DNA of 64,000 nt from an uncultured delta proteobacterium (GCA_963808235.1 CAWEEQ010000004.1:2688001-2752000); one strand, 5' to 3'. Positions 36,982-45,840 are shown, counted from the first letter of the stretch. The notes: generated by a model not told the origin, from the sequence alone. Numbers and translations: made by a program.

Positions 36982-37722
36982 GTGGCGACGAGGAAAACAT
37001 CATTCAGGATACTAATCGTCGGGGTCGGCGGACTCGGCGCGCCGGCGATCTGGGCGCTAGCTCGCGACGGCGCGCGGCGAATCACGCTGGTCGATCCCGA
37101 TCCGGTCGAATTGTCGAACCTCGCGCGCCAGGTAATTTTCCGCGACGACGATATCGGCGCGCCCAAAGTCGAAGCTGCGGCACGCCGGCTCAGCGAAAAA
37201 TTCCCGCAGATTAAAGTTGACAGTCACGCGATCGCGCTGGACGAGTCCAACGCGGCGAGTATCGTCGCGGAGCATGATTTTGTGATCGATGCGACCGACA
37301 GTCCGGTCGCGAAATTTTTGATTAACGACACCTGTATCGAGGCTGGCAAGCCGTTCGCGTACGGCGGCGTGATTGGGATGACCGGGCAGGCGATAACGGT
37401 GATTCCGGGCGCGAGCGCGTGTCTGCGCTGCGTGTTCGAGAATCCTCCCGGCGAGGAGGAGATTCAGAGTTGTCGAGAGGCCGGTATCGTCGGGCCGGTC
37501 GCGGGCGCGATCGGAACGATGCAGGCGGCGGAGGCGATGCGCGCCTCGCGCGCGCAGATGCCCCTTCTAGCAGGAAAAATTCTAACCTATGACGCTGCGA
37601 GTCCCGCGCGCGTCCGCATCACCGTGGTCAATCCGCGGCGCGGATGCGGATGCGGCGCAGAAAAGAAGTTGCGTCGGACGGCGACAGACAGTGCTGGCAA
37701 CCGGGCGAACGAGACGAGTTAA
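36982..37722 (+). CDS. ThiF/MoeB (E1-like) adenylyltransferase lacking the N-terminal RYSRQ helix
   Basis: GVGGLG, DPDPVELSNLARQ, PKV, DATD, CLRC, SCREAG, GCGCG; upstream in-frame stop at 36928. Confidence 0.85.
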   Translation: MATRKTSFRILIVGVGGLGAPAIWALARDGARRITLVDPDPVELSNLARQVIFRDDDIGAPKVEAAARRLSEKFPQIKVDSHAIALDESNAASIVAEHDFVIDATDSPVAKFLINDTCIEAGKPFAYGGVIGMTGQAITVIPGASACLRCVFENPPGEEEIQSCREAGIVGPVAGAIGTMQAAEAMRASRAQMPLLAGKILTYDAASPARVRITVVNPRRGCGCGAEKKLRRTATDSAGNRANETS

Positions 37723-37731
37723 GAGGACACG

Positions 37732-39000
37732 ATGATCTACGTAACGAATCTGAAATGTCGCGAGTGCGGGCAGGAGTATCCGATAAGCCCGCTCCACGTG
37801 TGCGAGACGTGCTTCGGGCCGCTCGAGGTCACCTACGACTACGCGAAGATTCGCGCGGCTATCTCGCGCAACGCGATCGAGAAGCGGGCGCATAATCTTT
37901 GGCGATATCGCGAATTGCTGCCGGTCGATTTCGCGGGCGAACCGGATATCGGTCCCAACTCAGGCTTCACTCCGCTGCTGCATTGTCATCGGCTGGGCGC
38001 GGAGCTTGGGCTAAAGAATCTCTATATCAAGGACGACACGGTCAACCATCCAACGCTCTCATACAAAGACCGCGTGGTCTCGGTCGCGATGGCTAAGGCG
38101 CGCGAGTTCGGTTTCACGACGGTCTCGTGCGCGTCGACGGGAAACCTGGCGACCGCGGTTGCGGCGCACGCGGCGCGCGCGGGATTGCAATGCTACATCT
38201 TCATGCCCGAAGGGGTGGAGGCGGGAAAGATTGTCGGCTCGACGATTTACGGCGCTCGCGTGATCACGATTCGCGGCAACTACGACGACGTCAACCGGCT
38301 ATGCAGCGAGATTGCGGACAAGTACGGGTGGGCATTTGTGAATATCAACCTGCGCCCGTTCTACACCGAAGGCGCAAAAACGTTCGGCTTCGAAGTTGCG
38401 GAGCAACTCGGGTGGCGGCTGCCGGATCATATTGTGGTGCCGACCGCGGGCGGGACGATTTTGCCGAAGGTCGCGAAGGCATTTAAGGAATTCAAGGAAG
38501 TCGGTCTGATCAAGAGCGGCGAGTTCAAGATTCATTCGGCGCAAGCCGCGGGTTCCGCGCCGGTGATACATGCACTGCACAAGCATACGGACCTGATTAC
38601 GCCGGTGAAGCCAGACACGATCGCGAAATCGATCGCGATCGGAAATCCGGCCGACGGATTTTACGTGTTGAAGGCGGTGCGCGAATCGGGCGGATGGGGC
38701 GACGTTGCGACCGACCCGGAGATAATCGACGCGATCAAACTGCTCGCGCGCTCAGAGGGTATCTTCGCGGAGCCGGCGGGCGGCACCACGCTCGCGGTCA
38801 CGCTCAAGCTGATCGCGCAGGGCCGTATCAAGCCGGACGAGACCGTGGTCGTGGCGATCACCGGCAACGGATACAAAACTCTCGAAGCGGTCGCGAGTGC
38901 GATCGATCAGCCGTCGATAATCGATGCGCGACTGAAAGATTTCGACGCGTTGTTCGAGCGGCTCACTGATGGAAAGCGCACTGCCGCAGGCGCCGCATGA
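37732..39000 (+). CDS. thrC: Threonine synthase-like PLP enzyme; context suggests O-phosphohomoserine sulfhydrylase
   Basis: N-terminal CxxC...CxxC, PTLSYKDR (PLP Lys), ASTGN, EGAKT, IAIGNP, TGNGYKT. Confidence 0.8.
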   Translation: MIYVTNLKCRECGQEYPISPLHVCETCFGPLEVTYDYAKIRAAISRNAIEKRAHNLWRYRELLPVDFAGEPDIGPNSGFTPLLHCHRLGAELGLKNLYIKDDTVNHPTLSYKDRVVSVAMAKAREFGFTTVSCASTGNLATAVAAHAARAGLQCYIFMPEGVEAGKIVGSTIYGARVITIRGNYDDVNRLCSEIADKYGWAFVNINLRPFYTEGAKTFGFEVAEQLGWRLPDHIVVPTAGGTILPKVAKAFKEFKEVGLIKSGEFKIHSAQAAGSAPVIHALHKHTDLITPVKPDTIAKSIAIGNPADGFYVLKAVRESGGWGDVATDPEIIDAIKLLARSEGIFAEPAGGTTLAVTLKLIAQGRIKPDETVVVAITGNGYKTLEAVASAIDQPSIIDARLKDFDALFERLTDGKRTAAGAA

Positions 39001-39082
39001 TCATGCAAATGCGTTCGCTGCTTGTTTGGGCGCAGCGGCCAGCATAAGTGTAAGAATTCAAGCAGGAGGTAACTTTCAAGCC

Positions 39083-39361
39083 ATGCCAGTACGGGTCAGA
39101 GTACCAACTCCTCTTAGAAGGTTCACCGCGGGTGTCGATGAAGTGCCGGCCGACGGCGCGTCGATCAAGGCGGTAATCGAAGACCTGGAAAAGCGTCATC
39201 CGGGGATGCGCGAGCGGCTGCTCGACGAAAAAGGCGACATCAGGCGTTTCGTGAATATCTACCTGAACGGCAACGACGTTCGCTTTCTCGACGCGATTAA
39301 CTCGAAGGTCAAGGATGGCGACGACATCTCAATCGTTCCCGCAATTGCCGGCGGACGCTAA
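39083..39361 (+). CDS. MoaD/ThiS/CysO ubiquitin-like sulfur carrier ending -AGGR
   Basis: V.VRVPT.LR, RRFVNIYLN..DVRFL, DGD.ISIVPAIAGGR; AGGAGGT RBS. Confidence 0.9.
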   Translation: MPVRVRVPTPLRRFTAGVDEVPADGASIKAVIEDLEKRHPGMRERLLDEKGDIRRFVNIYLNGNDVRFLDAINSKVKDGDDISIVPAIAGGR

Positions 39362-40370
39362 GCGCGAGCCGCTCGTCGCGGGCGAGCGCGAGATCGTGCC
39401 GGTCGGACGCGCGCGGAGCGTGCTCGATCTGATCGGCAATACGCCGCTGCTGGAAATCAAGCGGCTCACGGCGGGACTGCTGAATCCCGGGGTGCGAATT
39501 TTCGCCAAGCTCGAGGGCTTCAACCCGGGCGGCTCGATCAAGGATCGGCCCGCGAAGAGCATGCTCGAGGTCGGAATTGCCGAGGGCAAGCTGAAGCCGG
39601 GCAAGGTGATCCTCGACTCGACATCGGGCAACACCGGAATTGCGCTTGCGATGCTGGGGGCGACGCTCGGCTATCCGGTCGAGCTGGTGATGCCGTCGAA
39701 CGTGAGCCGCGAGCGCAAAAAGATAATCGAAGCTTACGGCGCGAAGATTCATTTTTCGGATCCGATGGAAGGTTCGGACGGCGCGATCATCATGTGCCGC
39801 GCAATCCTCGAAAAAAATCCCGAGCGCTACTTCAAGCCCGACCAGTACAACAACGAGGCGAACTCGCTGGCGCATTTCCAGACCACCGGCCCCGAGATCT
39901 GGCGCCAGACGCGCGGCCAGGTGACCCACTTTGTCGCGGCGATCGGAACCGGCGGAACGATAATGGGCACGGGCAGGTTTCTGAAGTCGAAGAATCGCGC
40001 CATCAAGGTGATCGCGGTCGAGCCGGACGACGCGATGCATGGGCTCGAGGGCCTCAAGCACATGGCGAGCTCGATCGTACCGGGCATCTACCACGAGAAA
40101 GAGATCGACGAAAAAATTCCAGTCGGCACCGAGGAGGCGTACGAGATGGTGTACGCACTCGGGCAGGCGGAGGGCATCCTGGTCGGGCAGTCGTCGGGTG
40201 CGGCGATGATCGCGGCGCTCAAGGTGGCGCAATCGATTCGCGAAGGCGTCGTGACGACGGTGTTCTGCGACTTCGGCGAAAAATATCTTTCGACCAACCT
40301 GTGGATCGGATGGCAGGAATGGCGCCCCGACAACCTGCAACAACTCAAAGCCAAGTGGAAAAAGAAGTGA
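39315..40370 (+). CDS. cysM: Cysteine synthase B / CysM-like PLP enzyme
   Basis: IGNTPL, KLEGFNPGGSIKDR, STSGNTG, QYNN.AN, GTGGT, GQSSGA; start uncertain. Confidence 0.85.
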   Translation: MATTSQSFPQLPADAKREPLVAGEREIVPVGRARSVLDLIGNTPLLEIKRLTAGLLNPGVRIFAKLEGFNPGGSIKDRPAKSMLEVGIAEGKLKPGKVILDSTSGNTGIALAMLGATLGYPVELVMPSNVSRERKKIIEAYGAKIHFSDPMEGSDGAIIMCRAILEKNPERYFKPDQYNNEANSLAHFQTTGPEIWRQTRGQVTHFVAAIGTGGTIMGTGRFLKSKNRAIKVIAVEPDDAMHGLEGLKHMASSIVPGIYHEKEIDEKIPVGTEEAYEMVYALGQAEGILVGQSSGAAMIAALKVAQSIREGVVTTVFCDFGEKYLSTNLWIGWQEWRPDNLQQLKAKWKKK

Positions 40371-40378
40371 CCCGCGAT

Positions 40379-40624
40379 ATGGAACGTCTTCACGAACGCT
40401 ACTACCTGAGCTATCCGCGCAGCCTGATCAAGGAGCCGATCCTTTACCAGCTGGTAAAGAAATTCGATCTCATCTTCAACATTCGCGGCGCCAGCGTGTC
40501 TGAAGAGATGGGACTGGTCGCGGTTGAGTTCGAAGGCAGCGCCGATCAGATCGAGCGCGCGCTCACCTGGTTGCGCAGCACCGGAGTTACCGTCGAGCCG
40601 ATCGAAAAAAATGTGATCGAATAG
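40379..40624 (+). CDS. Stand-alone NIL domain protein
   Basis: MERLHERYYLSYP..LIKEPILYQLVKKFDL.FNIRGASV...G...VEFEG....IERA..WL...GV.VEP. Confidence 0.8.
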   Translation: MERLHERYYLSYPRSLIKEPILYQLVKKFDLIFNIRGASVSEEMGLVAVEFEGSADQIERALTWLRSTGVTVEPIEKNVIE

Positions 40625-40630
40625 CGTGCG

Positions 40631-41232
40631 ATGGCCCTGACTCACGCGCAAATCGAACGCTACAGCCGGCAGATAATCGTTCCGCGTCTCGGCGGGCGGG
40701 GCCAGGAACGTATCCTCGCGGCCAGAATTGGGATCGCCGGCGAGGCGCGCGATATCGGAACTCCGCTCGCGTACTTAATTGGCGCGGGAGTTGGGAGAAT
40801 CGGCGTTCGGGTTGTCGGCAATCAGAGCGGATTTGATGAGACTATCGCGTCGATGCGGCAGCTCAACTCCGATGTGTCGGTTCGCATCGCTGACAAGTCA
40901 TTTGTGGACGTCGATCTGATCCTGGCCATCATCGGCAGTGACGCGGCGGCGAAAGTTGCGGAAGAGATCACTAGCAGTCGCGAGATGCGCGCACGGTGGT
41001 CGCGCGGCTCGATGCGCCGGGAATAATCGCCGTCATCCCCGACGCGCGCGGCCCGCGAATCGCAGACTCGTCGATTCTCGCGCGATTCGGCACGCGCTTG
41101 GAAGCTGCGGATTTTATCGCGATGCTCGCGACGGCCGAGGCATTCAAGCTGGTCGCCGGCTACGCGGAAAATCCATCGCGGGCGATCATTGAGTTCGATG
41201 GTTACGAGACCAAATCTCGCGTTCTGGCCTGA
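40631..41232 (+). CDS. Degenerate ThiF/MoeB-like protein (inactive adenylation domain), 1-nt frameshift near 40992
   Basis: Keeps QIERYSRQIIVP..G..GQE, YL.GAGVG, LN.DV and AEAFKLVAG; lacks GxGxxG, SNLxRQ and all Cys. Confidence 0.7.
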
Positions 41233-41237
41233 GCCAA

Positions 41238-41921
41238 ATGTACAAACTCTGGATGTTCGACTTCGACAACACGCTCGCGCGCCTCGAACCGGAAGTAGAT
41301 TGGGCGGGCGGCCGCCTGGTGCTCGAACCTTATCTCCGCTCGGTAGGCGCGCCCGATGAACTCTTCGAGCGAATACCGCGCGGCAACCTCCCGCTCTACG
41401 ACGCGTACCGAAAGTTGGTATTCGCCGGCGCGCATGGCTCGCCTCGGTCAACCGAACTCGAGCACGCGTCGGAAATAATCGAAGCGATCGAGCTTGCTGG
41501 AGTCGACCGTGCAAAGCCGCTCGAAGGTGCGCTCGAAATTCTTGCCGCTTTGAAGAAACTTGGCGCATCGGTCGCGATCGTCACGTCCAATTCCTCGCGC
41601 ACCATTCGCCGATGGTTCGAAGTGAATCGCGTTGATTTGAAAATCGACGCAATCGTCGGACGCGACAGTCTGCTCGCACTCAAGCCGGCGCCGGACATGG
41701 TCCTTCGCGCGCTGGAAATTTTGTCGGCTAAACCTTCCGATGCCGCCTTTGTCGGCGACAGCGAAGCTGATCTGCTCGCGGCCCGAAGTTCGGGCGTGCG
41801 ATTTTTCGGAATTGCGGCATCGGAGGCGGCGCGCGAGCGCCTGCTCGCGGCAGGCGGCACGGAAATTTACGCATCACCGACGGCGCTCGCGATTCATCTG
41901 AATCTGCTCGCCGCTCACTAG
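41238..41921 (+). CDS. HAD-superfamily phosphatase
   Basis: FDFDNTL, IVTSN, KPAPD, FVGDS.AD. Confidence 0.85.
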   Translation: MYKLWMFDFDNTLARLEPEVDWAGGRLVLEPYLRSVGAPDELFERIPRGNLPLYDAYRKLVFAGAHGSPRSTELEHASEIIEAIELAGVDRAKPLEGALEILAALKKLGASVAIVTSNSSRTIRRWFEVNRVDLKIDAIVGRDSLLALKPAPDMVLRALEILSAKPSDAAFVGDSEADLLAARSSGVRFFGIAASEAARERLLAAGGTEIYASPTALAIHLNLLAAH

Positions 41922-42011
41922 ACGCCATCGGCGCTTGTGTCCTTCGTCGAGATTAAGTAACTTCTTTGGTTCACCAAGTAATCTATTCGTAAGGGAGCTT
42001 CGTTTTTGCAG

Positions 42012-42555
42012 ATGGATCAAGGGTTTACCTTGTGGTTTACGGGTCTTTCCGGGGCGGGAAAATCGACGCTCGCGAACCTGGTCGCGGCGGAACTGAAGAA
42101 ACGAGGGCATCGCGTCGAGATTCTCGATGGCGACGAAGTCCGCACCAATCTGTCCAAGGGACTCGGCTTTTCCAAAGAGGATCGCGACATCAATATCCGG
42201 CGGATTGGCTACGTGTGTCATCTGCTGGCGCGCAATGGCGTGATCGCGATCTCGGCGGCGATTTCGCCCTATCGCGAAGTTCGCGACGAGGTGCGCCGCC
42301 AACACGATCGCTTTTTCGAAGTATTCGTGCGCTGCACGATCGACAAGCTGGTCGAGCGCGATGTGAAGGGCCTCTACAAGAAGGCGCTCGCCGGCGAGAT
42401 CAAATCGTTCACCGGAGTTTCGGACCCTTACGAAGAACCGCACAAGCCTGAACTCATCGTCGATAGCAGCACGGAAACCGTCGAGCAGAGCCTGGCCAAG
42501 TTGCTCAGTCAGGCTCGAAGAGCTGAAGTACATCAGCAAGGGAGCATCGCGATGA
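42012..42555 (+). CDS. cysC: Adenylyl-sulfate (APS) kinase; true C-terminus probably displaced by a 1-nt insertion near 42509
   Basis: WFTGLSGAGKST, LDGD..R, LGFSKEDRD.NI.R, ISPY, RDVKGLY, FTGVSDPYE.P; alternative frame RLEELKYISKGASR* ends at a TGA overlapping the sat ATG. Confidence 0.85.
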
Positions 42556-43727
42556 GCGTGCGCGACGATGCGATCTCGGCGCACGGCGGCGGTGAGCTGG
42601 TCGATCTGAAAGCGCCGGCAGCGGAGCGCGCGGCGCTCGGGGCTCGGGCGGCAAAGATGCCGGTCGTCACGCTGAATGCTCGCGACCTTGCGGATCTCGA
42701 AATGCTCGCGTCAGGCGCGTTCTCGCCGCTGACAGGTTTCATGGGCGAGGCGGATTACACTCGCTCGCGCGACGAGATGCGGCTTGCGTCGGGACTGCCG
42801 TGGTCGATTCCGATCACGCTGGCTGTCGATGAGGCAACCGCGCGTTCGCTCAAGAGCGGCAGTGAAGTCGCGCTCGCAACCGAAGACGGCAAGCGGCTCG
42901 CGATTCTCAAGCTTGCGGAAATTTACAAAGTCGATCGTCAGAAAGAAGCGCAAAGTGTGTTCGGAACGGCCGAGGACGCGCATCCGGGAGCGAAGAACGT
43001 CACCTCGATGCCGCCCTACTGCCTGGCCGGAGGTGTGACACTGATCGAAGACATACCGGGGCGCACGTTTCTCGAGTTCCCGCGCGAGCCGCGGCAGACG
43101 CGAGCCGCGTTTCGCGAGCGCGGATGGAAAAAGATCGTCGCGTTCCAGACTCGCAATCCGACTCATCGCGCGCATGAGTATATCCAGAAAGCGGCGCTCG
43201 AAATCTGCGACGGGCTGATGATTCATCCGCTGGTAGGCGAGACCAAAGGCGACGACGTGCCCGCCGCGGTCCGGATGGAGACCTACAAAGTTTTGCTCGA
43301 GCTGTACTATCCGAAGGATCGCGCGATGCTCGGCGTGTTCCCGGCGCATATGCGTTACGGCGGTCCGCGCGAGGCGATATTGCACGCGATCGTGCGCCGC
43401 AACTACGGATGCACGCACTTCATCGTCGGGCGCGATCATGCGGGAGTTGGGAACTATTACGGCAGCTACGACGCGCAGAAAATATTCGAGCGCTTCACGC
43501 CCGCCGAACTCGGAATCACGCCGTTGATGTTCGAGAACACGTTTTACTGCAAGCGATGCAACGCGATGGCGTCGTTCAAAACCTGTCCGCACACCGACGA
43601 CGATCGCTTGATCCTGTCGGGCACCAAGGTCCGCGAGATGCTACGCGCAGGCCAGGCGCCGCCGCCGGAGTTCACGCGCCCGGAGCTGGCCGCGATTCTG
43701 GTGCGGGCAATGCACGAAGCGAAGTAG
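42552..43727 (+). CDS. sat: Sulfate adenylyltransferase
   Basis: HGGGELVD, GAFSPLTGFM, FQTRNPTHRAHE, MRYGGPREA, GRDHAGVG, CxxC...CPH, SGTKVR. Confidence 0.93.
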   Translation: MSVRDDAISAHGGGELVDLKAPAAERAALGARAAKMPVVTLNARDLADLEMLASGAFSPLTGFMGEADYTRSRDEMRLASGLPWSIPITLAVDEATARSLKSGSEVALATEDGKRLAILKLAEIYKVDRQKEAQSVFGTAEDAHPGAKNVTSMPPYCLAGGVTLIEDIPGRTFLEFPREPRQTRAAFRERGWKKIVAFQTRNPTHRAHEYIQKAALEICDGLMIHPLVGETKGDDVPAAVRMETYKVLLELYYPKDRAMLGVFPAHMRYGGPREAILHAIVRRNYGCTHFIVGRDHAGVGNYYGSYDAQKIFERFTPAELGITPLMFENTFYCKRCNAMASFKTCPHTDDDRLILSGTKVREMLRAGQAPPPEFTRPELAAILVRAMHEAK

Positions 43728-43770
43728 TCGAGTAAGTCGTCGTCAGGCGGGGGATCAAACGACTCCCGGT

Positions 43771-44166
43771 CTATTGGATCAACCGGAAACCCTTTCGGCG
43801 CGCGGCCCTGCGGTCGAACGTCGCGGTGTATTCACATCCGGCTCGAGAATTCGCCGACGCGATCAAACTGTCAGCAAAGTCAGCACCATTCTGGTACTCA
43901 TGAAGCGCGGAACGAGCGTCGTCGGGACGCTCAATCGACACTTGACTGGTCTGCAAGAGTGCCCCGAGCAGAGTGACAATCGTGGATCGGGAGTACTTGT
44001 ATCCCCGTTCGAGCACCCAGACTAACTCGGCCAAAACCACGTGATTGACAACACCCGGCTCCTCTACTGAGCAATCATTCTCAATAAATTTAACCGCCGC
44101 TCGAAACTGGGCGGGGTCATCTCTAACGAAGTAGCGAATCAGAATGTTGGTATCGATCCCCTTCAC
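43771..44166 (-). CDS. vapC: VapC PIN-domain toxin
   Basis: IDTNILIRY, ELVWVL, DFADSLI, TFD. Confidence 0.9.
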   Translation of the reverse strand: MKGIDTNILIRYFVRDDPAQFRAAVKFIENDCSVEEPGVVNHVVLAELVWVLERGYKYSRSTIVTLLGALLQTSQVSIERPDDARSALHEYQNGADFADSLIASANSRAGCEYTATFDRRAARRKGFRLIQ

Positions 44167-44402
44167 CGTCGGCCGAATCTGCTCCTGATAGCCTCGTCCA
44201 TCTGTTCAATCGTCAGGCGCCGCGGAGCAGGGGCGAGCATTCCCTTGAGTTCCCGGATATCGATATTCTTCGGCACCATCACAACCTTACCGTCAGGTTG
44301 AATTACGAATTCGATTTTGTCCCCCGCTCGGAGCTTGAGATGGTTTCGGACCTTCAACGGGATCGTGGTCTGTCCCTTTCTGGTGATAGTCGATGTGGCC
44401 AT
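44163..44402 (-). CDS. vapB: AbrB/MazE-type antitoxin
   Basis: TITRKGQTTIP..VR..L.L..GDKIEF; 4-nt overlap with the toxin. Confidence 0.88.
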   Translation of the reverse strand: MATSTITRKGQTTIPLKVRNHLKLRAGDKIEFVIQPDGKVVMVPKNIDIRELKGMLAPAPRRLTIEQMDEAIRSRFGRR

Positions 44403-44442
44403 ATTCCTTACCTTGGATGGAATTCCTTACCTAGGGTAAGGA
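44403..44442. promoter_or_regulatory. TA operator repeats
   Basis: Direct repeat ATTCCTTACCT x2 and palindrome TCCTTACC-TAG-GGTAAGGA just upstream of the antitoxin ATG. Confidence 0.6.
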
Positions 44443-44484
44443 TACTACCTGTGAGCTGTGCTGTAAAGAAGTGCCCTGCAACGC

Positions 44485-45381
44485 TCAGCGCTGAAGCGCG
44501 CGCTCCTTGGCGGCGCGCTGCGCGCGTTCTGGATCGCCTGACCACATCCATGCCTGCTCGGTGCGGCTGACTCCGATCAGCACGCCCAAAAATGCGCTCG
44601 GATGGATGAACAGTCCGTTGAGTCCAGCCTCATCGCGGCGATTCGCCGCGAAGCGCGCACCGCGCGCGGTCAAGCGGCTCTCGATCGCGCTCACATCGTC
44701 GGTCTCGACATAGAACATGTAGAGCGAGTCGCCGCGGCGCTTGTGAAAGCGGCCCATCGCGAGGTTGTAGTCGGTTATCTGCGAAATCTCGATACGGTCG
44801 AGGCGCTCTGGTGGATCGAACAGGGTCAAAGTTCCGGTGTAGCCGAATTCCTTGCTCGTGATTGGACTGAACTTCGACGCATCCAGGCCGAAGATGCGTG
44901 CGTAGCGATCCGATGCCGCCTTCCAATCGGCGACGACGTTGGTGACTTCATAGGCCCACTTGATCGCCCCGACCGGCGCGCGTTCATGACGAGTGCTGAT
45001 GACCGTGCGCATCCCGAAGGTCGCGGCGGGATCGAGATAGAGCTGTCCGCTCACTTGCTCGAAACGCACGCCCGATTTTTCCAGATGATGCGCGGCCGCA
45101 TTGACGTCGTCCACCGAGAATCCAACTCCGAACAGGCCGTCCTGCCACCGGGAGACGAAATCCTGGACAGGCCCGGTACCGTCGGCTTCGAGGAGCTCGA
45201 TCAAGGTCGTCCCCGCTTGCATCGTGCTCCGCTTGGCGCGAATCGGCGGCGCGGTATCGCGATGAAGGAGTTCCGCGCCAAGTACTTCGGCCACGGTCCG
45301 CTCGGCTGCGGCGCGGTCAGTCACGGCAATTTGGATTCGGTCAACGCGTTTGAGCATCGTCGATATTTTCTCCTCGCTCAT
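44485..45381 (-). CDS. Two-domain VOC/glyoxalase family protein
   Basis: IELLE..G.GPV..F, GLFGVGFSVDD, RRGDSLYM, FIHPSAFLGVLIG. Confidence 0.75.
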   Translation of the reverse strand: MSEEKISTMLKRVDRIQIAVTDRAAAERTVAEVLGAELLHRDTAPPIRAKRSTMQAGTTLIELLEADGTGPVQDFVSRWQDGLFGVGFSVDDVNAAAHHLEKSGVRFEQVSGQLYLDPAATFGMRTVISTRHERAPVGAIKWAYEVTNVVADWKAASDRYARIFGLDASKFSPITSKEFGYTGTLTLFDPPERLDRIEISQITDYNLAMGRFHKRRGDSLYMFYVETDDVSAIESRLTARGARFAANRRDEAGLNGLFIHPSAFLGVLIGVSRTEQAWMWSGDPERAQRAAKERALQR

Positions 45382-45393
45382 CTCGCTATCTCA

Positions 45394-45840
45394 CTATTTC
45401 ACGGGCGTCGGCTCTGGAACGAGGCGCGCGGTCATCGGATGCGATTCGTGCCGAATCAGAATATCCATGAAGTACTTGTCGGCCATCGCGGCTGCGACCT
45501 TGTCGGTCATATCAGTCGCCCCCTCGAGCCGGACTTTGTCGAATTCCTGGTCGGCAATCTTCACCTTCACGTAGGGATTCGCCGTGTTTCTCTGGACTCT
45601 TCCGAACGATCGATCGCCCAGACGCACATATAGCTGTCCGTCGATAACGACCAGCCACAGCTTCGACCAATGCTCACCCTCGTCCGGCCCGACAGTCATA
45701 ATCTGCAACGTGCTCTGATCGCGGAACGCGTTGGGATCCCATCCGGGAACCGGGCTGTTTGCGGCGCGAGCCGCACCTATCAGCGCGATCCCTAAAACGG
45801 CCGATGCCACGACCAGATTAAAGTTGATTCGGATCTTCAT
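45394..45840 (-). CDS. Exported DUF2255/split-barrel-like protein
   Basis: Signal peptide; T.G...GE....LW.VVIDGQLYVR, NP.VKV, AMADKY. Confidence 0.55.
   Translation of the reverse strand: MKIRINFNLVVASAVLGIALIGAARAANSPVPGWDPNAFRDQSTLQIMTVGPDEGEHWSKLWLVVIDGQLYVRLGDRSFGRVQRNTANPYVKVKIADQEFDKVRLEGATDMTDKVAAAMADKYFMDILIRHESHPMTARLVPEPTPVK

Noticed and set aside
36982-39361. Antiphage ubiquitin-like conjugation system (CBASS Cap2/Bil type)
   Set aside because: No E2, JAB or cyclase gene; the SAM riboswitch and PLP enzymes indicate sulfur metabolism
39794-40624. 276-aa ORF overlapping cysM
   Set aside because: Only the last 81 aa (NIL domain) look protein-like; the rest is an alternate frame of cysM
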